A DNA stretch of 64,000 nt, taken from positions 73,966,001 through 74,030,000 of the forward strand of contig NC_043005.1 in assembly GCF_006345805.1 (NCBI RefSeq), read 5' to 3'. A model generated the notes under the pieces. That model was not told where the DNA came from, did no database searches, and worked only from the letters and a program-made list of their open reading frames with translations. Below, piece by piece: positions 22,956 to 35,040 of this stretch. A program made the translations under genes and the position numbers. Source of the stretch: Octopus sinensis (Eukaryota). The stretch's first letter is position 1. The number at the start of each line of letters is the position of its first letter.

Positions 22956-23118
22956 AGGCAAAAAGTTCAAAATTGTTTTTGACGATGACACCCTCCGGAC
23001 CCTAAGTAAGGCATGTGTAAAATTTGAATGAAATTGGTTGTGTAGTTATCAAGTTTTAGGGAAACACACAGACAGACAGACAGACACACACACATTCTCA
23101 GTTTTATATATATAAAGA
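22956..23118 (-). mobile_element. 5' portion of the same Helitron family as 13111-13638
   Basis: Matches 13506-13638 (GCCCTAGGCAAAA...GGACCCTAAGTAAGGCATGTG...CATTCTCAGTTTTATATATA). 5' A|TC at 23118. Confidence 0.75.
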
Positions 23119-23909
23119 TTATTTAAACACAATGTTTCAAGATAACATATGAAATTCAAATATACATATATAAAGCCGAGTGTTTTGAAATAATTTATTA
23201 AGTATTTTTTTTCAAATGATTACTATTGCTTTCAAAATTTGGCACAAGGCCAGCAATTCTGGGAGAGGAATTTAGTCTATTATATCGGCCCCAGTGCTCA
23301 ACTGATCTACCCCGATAGGATAAAAAGCAAAGTCGTAATATTCCTCGTATCCATATAGACAAAAATACATACATAAAAATGTATTAAAAATTATAAACAA
23401 CGGAAATTATAAAATATAAAAAGATAATAAAATATGAAATAAAATTAAAACATTATATAGAAAACAAAAATAAATTAAAATTTTTGATATAATGAGAATA
23501 ATAAGAAATAAATAGAGAGAAAAGACTTAAAATATTTTAGTGTGTTTGGATATAAACGTAAATATAATTTTGTAACATGATTTCTTACACGTTTCTTGAC
23601 AACTGGTTATATGAAATGTTTATAAGTTATTGTAAAAGGCTTGCCTGTCTGTCCGTGTATGTGTGTGAACACTATGAATGTTTATACGTGTATGTGCATG
23701 TGTATAGATATCATGTATGTAAATATATGAGGATAGATATTCATAAATGTAAATAAACCGGTAGTTGAAAAGCTATATTCACAGCAATACGTGCATAAAT
23801 GAAAGGATGAACAGACAGAAAGACCTTTGAAGATATAGCTACAAAGTGTAAGAGACAAACAGATATCTGATGACAAGGAAAATTTGGGGATTTATGCGCA
23901 TTTACACAT

Positions 23910-24140
23910 ACGAAGGGGTGCTGAGAAGTTCCCGGTGTTAAGGGTATCACAAAAGGCCTGGTTGGAGGCCCGACCGTCTGAGGTTTTTTTGGGGTTTTTT
24001 TACAGGGCTTAGAAAAACTGAAAGACCGCTGCAATAAATGCGTGAATCTGAGAGGGGAATATGTTGAACAAAATCATAATTAACCGATCCTCCTGTACTT
24101 TCTTTTACCCAAAGCCAGGAACTTTTCAGACCCCTCACAT
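23910..24140 (+). mobile_element. Mariner-derived MITE
   Basis: TA-CGAAGGGGTGCTGAGAAGTTCC ... GGAACTTTTCAGACCCCTC inverted ends. Internal remnant GLEKLKDRCNKCVNLRGEYVE is the mariner C-terminus. Confidence 0.75.
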
Positions 24141-24289
24141 GTAGATGCGTCTGTGCTGCATAATTTTATGTGTGTTCGCATATGCATCAATAATCCTGCA
24201 TACAAGGTGATATATGTATAAATGTGTGTGTGTTCGTATACATCTCCGTTTTTGTTCTCTTCTATTTTTTAACACTTAGAATCTTCCTT

Positions 24290-24538
24290 AGAGGAAGATT
24301 CAGCGTGACACAGTGTGTGACAAGGCTGGTCCTTTGAAAATACAAGTACAACAGAAACAGGAAGAAAGAGTAAGAGAAAGTTGTGGTGAAAGAGTACAGC
24401 AGGATTTTCCACCACCCGTTACCGGAGCTTCGTCGAGCTTTAGGTACTTTTGGTCAATAAACACTCAGAACGCCCGATCTGAGAATCGAAACCGCGATGT
24501 TACGACCGCGAGTCCTCTGCCCTAACCATTGGGCCATT
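24290..24538 (-). mobile_element. SINE family C (head H1, truncated tail T2)
   Basis: Minus strand AATGGCCCAATGGTTAGGGCAGAGGACTCGCGG head, plus TTGTACTTGTATTTTCAAAGGACCAGCCTTGTCAC. Confidence 0.8.
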
Positions 24539-24822
24539 GCTATAAAAGCTATAAAAGAAGGAACTGATTTCTAACAAAGATACAAAGCTCCAACATTGGA
24601 ATGTAGATATCAAACACAAATGAACACATTGAAGTTGAGAAAAGGCTAAAATATTTTTGCTGTTCCGATCATAGATTGTAATTGCAATGTGCATGTTAGC
24701 TGGTCGATTTCTTTTTCTGAAAGTCTCAGCTTATCTAGATCGTCACTTAGGAATTTGCTCATAAAAACCAAATATACCAATTATTGTTGGTACAAATGTG
24801 AATTTATTATCTGGATATAGAT

Positions 24823-25095
24823 GCTGGTGGAGGCACATGGCCCAGTGGTTAGAGCAGCGGTCGAGGGATCGCGAGTTCGAATCTCAGACCGGGCGATGTA
24901 TGTGTTTATGAGCGAATCACCTAAGCTCCATGCGGCTCTGACAGAAGGTAATGGCGAACTTCTGCTGACTCTTTCACCACAACTTTCTCTCTCTTTACTC
25001 CTGCATCTTGCAGATCACCTGCGACGGACCGGCGACGCCAAGGAAACCGGGAAACCACCCCTTATGAGCCAGGCATGGCTCGAAAAGGAACAAAC
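24823..25095 (+). mobile_element. SINE family C (head H1, tail T1)
   Basis: GGAGGCACATGGCCCAGTGGTTAGAGCAGCGG...TTATGAGCCAGGCATGGCTCGAAAAGGAACAAAC. Confidence 0.85.
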
Positions 25096-25335
25096 ATATA
25101 GATGCTGGATATTTAGAAGCCGTTATCTGAAGTCATCCTCTTTATTTTTAGTTTTCAAAAACATACACATCAACAAGACAGCTGACATCTGTAATGTTAC
25201 ATAGTTTTTCTTGTTATGTTTGCTTTTGGGAAACGTTTCGATGAGAAAGTTCCACTAATATTCCTTGTGTTGATATTTACGCAGAAATGCAATAGCAATG
25301 GGGTTCTCTATATTTAGTTTTTGGGATGCATACTA

Positions 25336-25541
25336 CAGTAATCTCTCAACTATTTCGGGTGTTATGTTTCAAACTCCCCCGCGGTGGGGGATCCGCGAAG
25401 TAGAACTAGTACTGTACTGTATATGTTTTTTTATTATTTTTATAATTTGAATATATTATTTTATTATAAATGCAAAACAACACCACGGAGAAACAGACGT
25501 AAGCTTCAATAATAAACCGCGATATGGCGAGGGGGTTACTG
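25336..25541. mobile_element. Tigger/pogo-like MITE, short form
   Basis: TA|CAGTAATCTCTC ... GGCGAGGGGGTTACTG|TA. Same family as 28599-29080. Confidence 0.8.
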
Positions 25542-25559
25542 TATATTGTTTTAGCAACA

Positions 25560-25990
25560 ACGTCGTGTCGCAAATGAAGGTTGTACCTTCATGATATTTG
25601 TAGACAGTTTCTGATCACATGGGTGATGTGATCTCTTCCACAGAAATGTTACATAATCGATGTTTTCGGTTGCATCTCGAGGCTCCAACAGCTTCACATC
25701 CCTTTTGCTTCTTAAAAATTTTGTTGCAGTCTCCTGTTCCTGGCGTGCAAATGCATAGCCAATGAATGTGACATAGCCTTCACGAATCGAAGAAAGGTTA
25801 CTCTTCACGCCATCTTCAAGTCTTCTCAAAACATACCAGCGCATGGTCTTCTTTTGTTATGCTGAGCTATTCACATCCAGTTCTTCATGTAAGTTCTTTC
25901 TCCTGTTCTAGAATTGTCTGGGATGTTGTCAGGCAGACTGTTCTTCCTGAAAAACTCACCGAATGCACACAAGATGTTTTCTCTTCTCTT
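25560..25990 (-). pseudogene. Possible highly decayed RTE-type RT fragment
   Basis: Only a weak motif resemblance (PGTGDCNKIF vs RPGRGTxDAIF). Confidence 0.3.
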
Positions 25991-26010
25991 TTCAGCACTA
26001 GGATTAATTT

Positions 26011-26424
26011 TTATTCTTTTATTCTTTTAGTCTTTTACTTGTTTCAGTCATCAGACTGCGGCCATGCTGGAGTGCCGCCTTTAGGCGAAGAAATCGACTG
26101 CAGGACTTATTCTTTATAAGCCTAGTACTTATTCTATCGGTCTTTTTTGCCGAACCGCTAAGTTACGGGGACGTAAACAAACCAACATCGCTTGTCAAGT
26201 GATGGTGGGGGGACAAACATAGACAAACAAATACACACACACATACACATATATATATACATACAAACTACATGATTCTTTCAGTTTCCGTCTACCAAAT
26301 CCACTCGCAAGGCTTTGGTCGGCCCGAAGCTATAGTAGAATACGCTTGCCCAAGGTGCCACACAGTGGGACTGAACCCGGCACAATGTGAATGGGAAGCA
26401 AGCTTCTTACCACACAGCCACGCC
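26011..26424 (-). mobile_element. SINE family A
   Basis: Full head, internal microsatellite and tail. Confidence 0.9.
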
Positions 26425-26499
26425 ACTTTTTTTTTTCGTTGTTGTTCCTTGACAGTCGAAGGTTGTTTGCACTGATTTTCTGTCTCTTTCACCTTCATC

Positions 26500-27150
26500 T
26501 CTTTTTACGTAGACCCTGTTGGTATTACCGTTTCTATGGAAGTTTCCACTTGATGTCAGAATCTTGCACGTTTTAATGTCTGTGGAGTGGTTTTACTCTA
26601 CAGACCAGTCAAGTATCCCAAATACTGGTAACAGCACTGTTATTGCAAATACAGTGAGATATTGTCTGGTTGTAACAGGTGTGTTCCGACTACGATATTT
26701 TTCTATGTCTGGAGTAATATTCTTGGATCACTCTATCGTTATTCACAGTACCTTCATATGATGTTTTCATTTATAACTATGCGTTTGCAACATTCTTTGT
26801 GTGGAACAGGAGAGATAGAAAGTCTATTGATGAACATGTTTTGGGGGTTGGGGGACGGATTTTCCACGTTCAGCAATCAAATCCGAGTATTTCATTTGGC
26901 CAAATTCCATTCCTATGACAGCTGAAAATGTTATTGAAGTCCAACAGTAAACATTTTAAACGTAGGTCTTCACATCATCTACAAAGAAATTACATTGGCA
27001 TCTCTGGTAGTTGCAGACCCTAGCATATAGCCATAGGATTCTTGTAGCAAAACTGATAATGGATTTAATGCCAAAATAAACAGAATTGCAGACAGACAAT
27101 CTCCTTGGGATATTCCCTTTGAAATATTTTTAACATCATAGACGGTCGTT
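26500..27150 (-). mobile_element. R4/Dong-clade RT fragment
   Basis: KGISQGDCLSAILFILALNPLS, FVDDVKTY, FSAVIGMEFG and YQYLG appear in collinear order across frameshifts. Confidence 0.8.
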
Positions 27151-27293
27151 CCGCCCTTATGCATGTATGTTTGTGTATATATAGTGTATATGTTCGTATG
27201 ATTGTATAAGTATATACAAATATTTATAGATATAGATAGATATACCAATATACGTACATATATATATATATACATAGAGATGTGTGCGCACAT

Positions 27294-27342
<49 letters not shown>

Positions 27343-27356
27343 ATCAAAATAAGTAA

Positions 27357-27960
27357 CAGGATTTCAAGTAGTAATGCTGTAGGACCGTTTCAAGCGATTC
27401 TATTTAATTGAAAAATGCAATCATTACATCAATTTAAATTCAGTGCTATCTTCAGCTGCACAAACATGGAACTTCAACAGACAAGATACATTAATATAAT
27501 TTTTCTTAAATATTTTAACAGAGCAAAAGGATGGAAGAAATTCGTGTTGTCGCTAAGAGAACAGACTACAAATTTTTAGAGTGACATGGAACAGAGTGCG
27601 GGGTCATAGGGTTGTATTTCACTTCCAGTTTATTTATCTCTTTGGTAAAGTGATAGATAAATTGGAAATGAATCACAACTCTATGACCACCCACCCCCCA
27701 CATTGTATTCCATGCCACTCTAAAAAATTGTAGTCTGTTCTCTTAGCTATTCTTGCTACAATAGCAACAACATGAATTTCTTCCGTCCTCTTCCTCTGTT
27801 AAAATATTTAAGATTTATTATATTGATGTATCTTGTCTGTTGAAGTTCCATATTTGTGCAGCTGAAGATAGCGCTATATTTAATTTGATGTAATGATCGC
27901 ATTTTTCTATTAAATGGAGCCGCCTCAGACGGTCGTACTGCTTTACTACTTGAAATCCTG
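27357..27960. repeat. Long fold-back palindrome, arms ~290 bp, near-zero loop
   Basis: CAGGATTTCAAGTAGTAA...GCTAAGAGAACAGACTACAA... pairs with ...TTGTAGTCTGTTCTCTTAGC...TTACTACTTGAAATCCTG. Centre CTTT-GGT-AAAG at ~27645. Confidence 0.9.
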
Positions 27961-28029
27961 AGAATATATAAATCCAAGATGAACTAAAATGCACCATAGC
28001 CTGATTATGACTTAGGTGGCCGAAATTAC

Positions 28030-28315
28030 GAAGTCTCTGTCAACAATAATAAGCCGGAAGGGGAATCATAGACCTAAAAACCCGAACTTTTATCCTCCTG
28101 TTCAGATATCGGTAGCGCCAAACAACCTTGTCCAATGAGTCCACAACTGCACCAGCATGTCCAAGTCTTTTCAGAACTTCAGACTCGCAGCTAATGCCGC
28201 TATGAATCTCACTACTGTGATAAATGACTTGGTCCACAGCTTCGACATTTTCAACCGCAACAGAAATAGACGATGTGAAGTTCACCAAGAAGCCAACGAA
28301 AGACTGAATATTTGT
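28030..28315 (-). mobile_element. RTE-clade LINE RT C-terminal fragment
   Basis: VEAVDQVIYHSSEI...EVLKRLGHA...SLDKVVWRYRYLNRRIKVRVF resembles the RTE thumb region. Confidence 0.65.
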
Positions 28316-28598
28316 ATTGACCTAAGATACTTTAAAGCCAAATAGCTCTGCTTCCTCGCTCAACAAAAGGAGCAATCACGCTAACAGATTCGATTCGTTT
28401 CAATGTGAATGGAGTAAATGTTACTGAGAAGCTATAACGATAGCGAAATATTGATTTCTATCATTATCGTTTACCTCAAGCGAGTTGCCTCGCCTGCCTA
28501 GGACAGTCAGTATACTTTAACACCGGTGTTGAGTAGGAAGCTTTGCCAGGACGCTATACCGCAGCAAACTGGCGTATAAACAAAAATTAAAACACATA

Positions 28599-29080
28599 CA
28601 GTAATCCCTCGACTATCGCGGATATTATGTTCCAAACTCCGCGATAGGTGAACATCCGCGAAGTAGAAGCAGTACTATACTGTATTTGTTTTTGCTGTTT
28701 TTATTCTATATATTTATTTTATTATAAATGCAAAACAACACCATACACTCGCCTCCCGAGTTCCGTTTTCCATACAGTGTGTGCGATTCTTTGTTTACTC
28801 ATCTATAGTATACTAAATATTTTCTTTTAATATATTTTAATTAATGTGTTATATAGTGCAGTAAGGTACTGTATTTATATTTATTATTTTTTTTTTTTTT
28901 TTTTAGACGTGAAATGCTTAATTTACTACAGAAATGATTAAAATCTAAAATAATATAAATACCTATCGGTCGCAGAATGTACTGAGAAGTCCACGATATA
29001 AATTTACATATATTAACCAGAAAAATTCGCGATGAACTGGGAGCGCGATAGATGAACCGCGATATGGCGAGTGTTTACTG
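28599..29080. mobile_element. Tigger/pogo-like MITE, long form
   Basis: TA|CAGTAATCCCTCGACTATCGCG ... CGCGATATGGCGAGTGTTTACTG|TA. Confidence 0.82.
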
Positions 29081-29402
29081 TACATTATGTATGTGCAACG
29101 GTTAATGTTTACGTTATTAGAACTGTCTTTAATTCGCAACTTAATACATACATACTTACATACATACATACATACATATACGTGTGTGTGTTGTGTTATT
29201 TACCTAGAAATTATTTTCTATTCGAATTCTTTTGTTATTACAAAGACTAAAATTTGTTATTACAAAGACTAAAATTTACTTTCCCATACAGTCTGTGTGT
29301 AATCCTCAATGTTTAAATAAGACTTGAAAATCCTCGTACAAAATGCCAGTCTCTATATAAAATAGTTTTAAATGTACTACCAATATTCAGTCCTTTTCGG
29401 CA

Positions 29403-29669
29403 GTTAGATAGATAGATAGATAGACAGACAGAAAGATGAATAGATAGATAGATAGATAGATAGTTAGATGGATGGACGGGCGGATGGATAGATAGATAGA
29501 TAGGTAGGTAGGTAGGTAGATAGATAGGTAGATAGATAGATAGACAGGTAGACATAGATAGGTAGATAGATAGACAGGTAGACATAGATAGGTAGGTAGA
29601 TAGATAGACAGGTAGACATAGATAGGTAGGTAGACATAGATAGGTAGGTAGACAGATAGACAGGTAGAC

Positions 29670-29704
<35 letters not shown>

Positions 29705-29788
29705 CAGGTAGGTAGGTAGATAGACAGGTAGACATAGATAGATAGGTAGGTAGGTAGATAGATAGACAGGTAGACAGAGATAGGTAGG

Positions 29789-29868
<80 letters not shown>

Positions 29869-29875
29869 CAGATAG
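29403..29875. repeat. Compound (TAGA/TAGG/CAGA)n tetranucleotide array
   Basis: Direct reading. Confidence 0.97.
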
Positions 29876-30336
29876 CGATATTGCAGGAGTGTGCACAGTT
29901 ACGAAAGAAATGCACATATCTCAGAAGATGAAAGCCATCTCATATTACTAATGATCAATAATGATATCTCTACATTGAATAATACAATAATCCGGCTTAT
30001 TCTTATTTTGGATCTTCAAATTTATTTGTGTCTATTCTCAAGTCATGTAATCATTCTCTCAAACAAGATATACCAATCGAAAATACACTCGGTTCTACAT
30101 CACGAAAACTGGAATGTTTAGACATATAAATACTGATCTAAACTTTTAAATTCCGCCCACTAAATGGTTTAACCTGCTTAGTTTGACTCCCGCCACCGCT
30201 GCTGCCAAAAGTTAATGTGACAGTACACATTGCGTCTACATAATATTTGAACACGCAACACTTGTTAAGTGAGATGACCACCTACAACATATTTTAACAG
30301 TCTGCCGTTTCATTCTCAATATCAGTATTACCCTCG

Positions 30337-30925
30337 AGGCGGCGAGCTGGCAGAAATGGTAGCACGCCGGGCGAAATGTTGAGCGGTATTTCGTCTGTCG
30401 TTACGTTCTGAGTTCAAATTCCGCCGAGGTCGACTTTACCTTTCATCCTTTTGGGGTCGATAAATTAAGTACCAGTTACGTACTGGGGTCGATGTAATCG
30501 ACTTAATACCTATGTCTGTCCTTGTTTGTCCCCTCTGTGTTTAGCCCCTTGTGGGTAATAAAGAAATAGGTATTTCGTCTGCCGTTACGTTCTGAGCTCA
30601 AATTCCGCCGAGGTCGACTTTGCCTTTCATACTATCATGGTCTATAAATTAAGTACCAGTTACGTACTGAGGTCGATGTAATCGACTTAATACCTATGTC
30701 TGTCCTTGTTTGTCCCCTCTGTGTTTAGCCCCTTGTGGGTAATAAAGAAATAGGTATTTCGTCTGCCGTTACGTTCGGAGTTCAAATTCCATCGGAGTCC
30801 ACTTTGCCTTTCATCCCTTTCAGAGTCAATAAAATAAGTACCGTTTGAGTACTGCGGACAATGTAATCGACTCATGCCCTTTCCCAGACTTGTTGCCCTT
30901 GTTACAAAATTTAAAATCAATATTA
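30337..30925 (+). mobile_element. SINE family B trimer (one head)
   Basis: Two AAAGAAATAG|GTATTTCGTC junctions (~30570, ~30753). The terminal unit has the alternative tail (...CAAAATTTAAAATCAATATT). Confidence 0.9.
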
Positions 30926-30940
30926 GCATTACCTTCAGGT

Positions 30941-31211
30941 GATTTTTTTTTATTACGCTCAGGGGGCTATACAAAGAATGGGACAATACAAGAGGTGACA
31001 AACATAAACTCGGGGAACTTAAAAATACAAAAAGAAGATGAAATAAGAAGAAAAAATAAAAGAAACGAATGAAAATATGAAAGAGTATAAAATAAGGCGC
31101 AATGCCCCTTCGCAATGCCCACTCGGCCCAGAAGTCGAGTGGTTACATTTAGACAGTTTTTTTTTCTTTTTCATAAATGAATAACTATTTTAATAGTCTT
31201 TTTTTTTTTTC
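30941..31211 (-). mobile_element. Orphan Tx1-type 3' UTR fragment
   Basis: Ends TTGTATTGTCCCATTCTTTGTATAGCCCCCTGAGCGTAATAAAAAAAA, similar to the LINE copy 3 tail. Possible TSD TTAGCATTACCTT(C/T)AGG. Confidence 0.55.
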
Positions 31212-31226
31212 TTAGCATTACCTTTA

Positions 31227-31418
31227 GGGCGGCGAGCTAGCAGAATCGTTGGCATGTCGGGAAAAATGCTTAGCGGCATTTCATCCGTCTGCGTGTTCTG
31301 AGTTCAAATTCCACCGAAATGGACTTTGCCTCTCATCCCTTTCGGGGTCGATAATTACTGAGGGCAATGTAATCGACATACCCCTCCCCTAAACTTCTGC
31401 CAAAATTTGAAACCAATA
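31227..31418 (+). mobile_element. SINE family B monomer, alternative tail
   Basis: GGCGGCGAGCTAGCAGAATCG...CCAAAATTTGAAACCAATATT. Confidence 0.8.
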
Positions 31419-31461
31419 TTAAACTTCATAATTTAATGTTCTATCGTTTCTTTTATCATTT

Positions 31462-31873
31462 ATTATTTATTTCCCACAGGGGGCTAAACACAGAGGACAA
31501 ACAAGGACAGACAAACGGATTTAGTCGATTACATCGACCCCAGTGCGTAACTGGTACTTATTTAATCGACCCCGAAAGGATGAAAGGCAAAGTCGACCTC
31601 GGCGGAATTTTTACTCAGAACGTAATGGCAGAGGAAATACCTATTTCTTTATTACCCACAAGGGGCTAAACATAGAGGGGACAAACAAGGACAGACATAG
31701 GTATTAAGTCGATTACATCGACCCCAGTGCATAACTGGTACTTAATTCATCGACTCCGAAAGGATGAAAGGCAAAGTCGACCTCGGCGGGATTTGAACTC
31801 AAAACGTAACGACAGACGAAATACCGCAAAGCATTTCGCCCGACGCGCTAACGTTTCTGCTAGCTCGCCGCCC
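31462..31873 (-). mobile_element. SINE family B dimer
   Basis: Junction GGAAATAC|CTATTTCTTT on the plus strand (~31640). Confidence 0.88.
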
Positions 31874-32329
31874 TTTTACCATTTATTATTGCTGTTGTTA
31901 AAGTGGTGATCTGGCCTCGGACAAAATTCTTAGTGGCATCTCTTCTTACTCGTTACTTTCTAGGTTTAAATTCCACAAAGATCAACTTTGACATTGATCC
32001 TTTTGGGATGGATAAAATAAAGTATCAGTCAATTAATGGGACCGATGTAATCGACTTGCCCATTTCCCTCAAAACTTCAGGCCGTATACCAAGATTAAAA
32101 TGAATTATTGCTGTTGTTGTTGATGCCTATGATAGTTTTGATAATACAGACCAAAGGATCAAATGCATTCCAACCATGCACATCACACCTATTCAGATTC
32201 AGTGTAATTATGACTCTGTAATCCAGCGAGTTCTTTCTTTAATAAGAATGTAAGATGCTATAAGAATGATTTGGACCGCTATTTCTAACAGATAGACTGA
32301 CCACGTACCAATTCCTCCATTAGCTTATA

Positions 32330-32632
32330 TTGTTTGTTCCTTCTCGAGTCACACCTGGCTCATTAAGGCCGGTTTCCCGGTTTCCTTGGCGTATAGGTTC
32401 CCCACCTGGACGGGATGCCGGTCCGTCGCAGATGAGCTGCAAGATGCAGGAGGAAAGAGTAAGAGAAAGTTGTGGCCAAAGAGTCAGCAGAAGTTCGCCA
32501 TCACCTTCTGCCGGAGCCGCGTGGAGCTTAGGTGTTTCGCTCATAAACACACACATCGCCAGGCCTGAGATTTGAACCCGCGATCCCTCGACTGCGAGTC
32601 CACTGCTCTAACCACTAGGCTATGTGACTCCA
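32330..32632 (-). mobile_element. SINE family C (H1+T1)
   Basis: Homologous to 24823 and 58928. Confidence 0.85.
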
Positions 32633-32829
32633 CCATTAGTGTATATAAGCACCATGAACATACTGTTTTTGTCGTATTCAGTTACACTATTACTCAATAA
32701 CATCATGGTGTTAAGCCACAGCAAAATTTTCTTCAGCAACGTTAATATAACATTCCTTTGTGGTAAGTTTTATTGTATATACTTAATGTGTCATGTGATC
32801 CAGTTCGGTAGTCACGTGAAACTAGAATC

Positions 32830-33032
32830 TTACTTTACTCTTTTACTTGTTTCAGTCATGTGACCATGCTGGAGCACCGCCTCTAGTCGAGAAAATCGAC
32901 CCCAGGACTTATTCTTTGTAAGCCTAGTACTTATTTTGTCTATCAATTTTGCCGAACCGCTAAGTGACGGGAACGTAAACACACCACCACCGGTTGTCAA
33001 GCGATGTTGGTGGGGCAAACACAGACACACAA

Positions 33033-33071
<39 letters not shown>

Positions 33072-33234
33072 CGACTGGCTTCTTTCAGTTTCCCTCTACC
33101 AAATTCACTCACAAGGCTTTGGTCGACCTGAGGCTATAGTAGAAGACACTTGCCCAAGGTGCCACGCAGTGAGACTAAACCCGGAGCCATGTGGTTCGTA
33201 GCAAGCTACTTACCACACAGCCACTCCTTAGCCT
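32830..33234 (-). mobile_element. SINE family A
   Basis: Full head, internal (TA)n and tail. Confidence 0.9.
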
Positions 33235-33884
33235 ATAGTTATGGAATTTAATATGACTTCCAAAAGTAAAAAAAAAACTTCCAATGACAACTGTATTACT
33301 TGCATGAACTCTTTACTGTATGGCTGCTATAAAGGACTGGAACTTATTACAGATATCAGCATCGTTCGAGTTTAGAATAAAATACTTTACGTTTTAGAAT
33401 AGAATCCTGCACAATTAGAGCATCGGCTAGATTGTTTTGCATTGATCGTTCAGGCACTCTAAGTTCGAATCTTGCTGTAGTCAACTTTACCTTTCATCTT
33501 TTCAAAATTGATAGATAAAATACCACCGGTTTTGGGATAGATTCTTCTGCAAAGAGAAGAAATCCAGTGTGTTCAGACTTGGAAAGGATGGGCTCCACTA
33601 GGTTTTTAAGACATTACTCATGCAACGACAGCATCCCTTCAGCTCCACCATGAGTTAAGGATTCAAGGCAAAGCAAGGCAAAATAGAGTACCAGTCAAAT
33701 ATAGTAACCTATCTAATCAGTTTAAGCAACCCCAAAATTCCCCGAGCAAGGGAATGTCGAATTAGAAACGGTAAAGTATCGGATTACAACGCTTCATGCT
33801 CTGAGTTCAAATAACATCACTGTTGACTTTATTATTTTCTTTCTTACTCCCTTTGATTCATAAAGTAGATACCAGTAATATATT

Positions 33885-34078
33885 GGTTTCAAATTTTGAC
33901 ACAAAGTCAGCAATTTTGGGATGGATTTATGTCGATTGCATTCATCCCAATGCTCAATTGCTGCTTATTTTATCAACCCCGAAAGGATGAAAAGAAAGTC
34001 GACCTCGGCGGAATTTGAACTCCGAACGTAAAGATAGACGAAATGCCACTAAGCATCTTGCCCGATGTACTAATTATT
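33885..34078 (-). mobile_element. SINE family B, alternative tail
   Basis: TTGGTTTCAAATTTTGACACAAAG...GAAAGGATGAAA...GACCTCGGCGGAATTTGAACTC. Confidence 0.8.
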
Positions 34079-34439
34079 CTTTGAACCACTAATATATTAA
34101 TATTTGATTCAACTGTCCATTCAGCTGTAAATTTTGCACTTTCTTTTTTTTTGTTTTACAAAACTGAAACCTTATACCAAATTTAGACATTAGTATCTTT
34201 CTCATCTCATAAGCGACAAACTAAATGCATTCTAGTTTAAGTGTTTGGTTTTGAGATCACCGACTACCAGCTGTGAAATTTATTATTCGTCTCCTAACAC
34301 TGGTTTCCTGTTGCATTCATGATCGTTTGAACGGACCAGTGCATTACATCGTCACAACAACACACGCGTGTGTACTCAGTGTCGACGCAGCTTAAACCAT
34401 AAGTCTTTTATCAGCTTCCAGGACTGAGTTCATTTTATC

Positions 34440-35040
34440 TTGGAAGTGTATCTTAGATAATGCTGAGCTCAGTCAATCTGATTTGTACTAGATAAGCTAT
34501 ATAGTGATGAAGCCTTTAACCTTTCCTCCACAACTCAAAGACTTTCTCTGCGCTGCTACATTTAGCTTCACCTTTCTTCGTATTGTGTTCAAATACAGTG
34601 GAACTTCGGTTTACGAAAGCCTCTCATCTGTGGAACCGCCAGTCTACCGTGTGTGATGAGTGGATCTTCAAGTTGCCACGCGCATTCTTAGTAGCTTAGT
34701 GTAGGCTCGAATTAGAGATTATTCTTTGTGGCTAATGGCGTGAGTCATGATTGGAAGAAGAAGGCAATAGTTGACGTAGAACTGGGAGTATCAACGGTAG
34801 AACGTCAGTTACTGTCTAACTTTAGCTCAGTGAACATCCCTGTTCGAGTTTGCTATGTCTTCTTTCGAATTTCCTATGGGAAAAAGAGTTTCGGTTTACG
34901 AACGGCCTTCAAGAACGAATTGAATTCTTAAATCAAGGTTCCACAGTATTACGGATGTCAGAGTCGCCCATAGCCTACCACAATACCTTCCCAAATAAAA
35001 CAAGCATAGCGCAAATGAACTAACATTCTATGGAAATATA
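34440..35040 (-). pseudogene. Possible decayed L2/CR1-group LINE 3' fragment
   Basis: Weak motifs only (LVHLRYACFIW; QRKSLSCGG). Confidence 0.3.
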
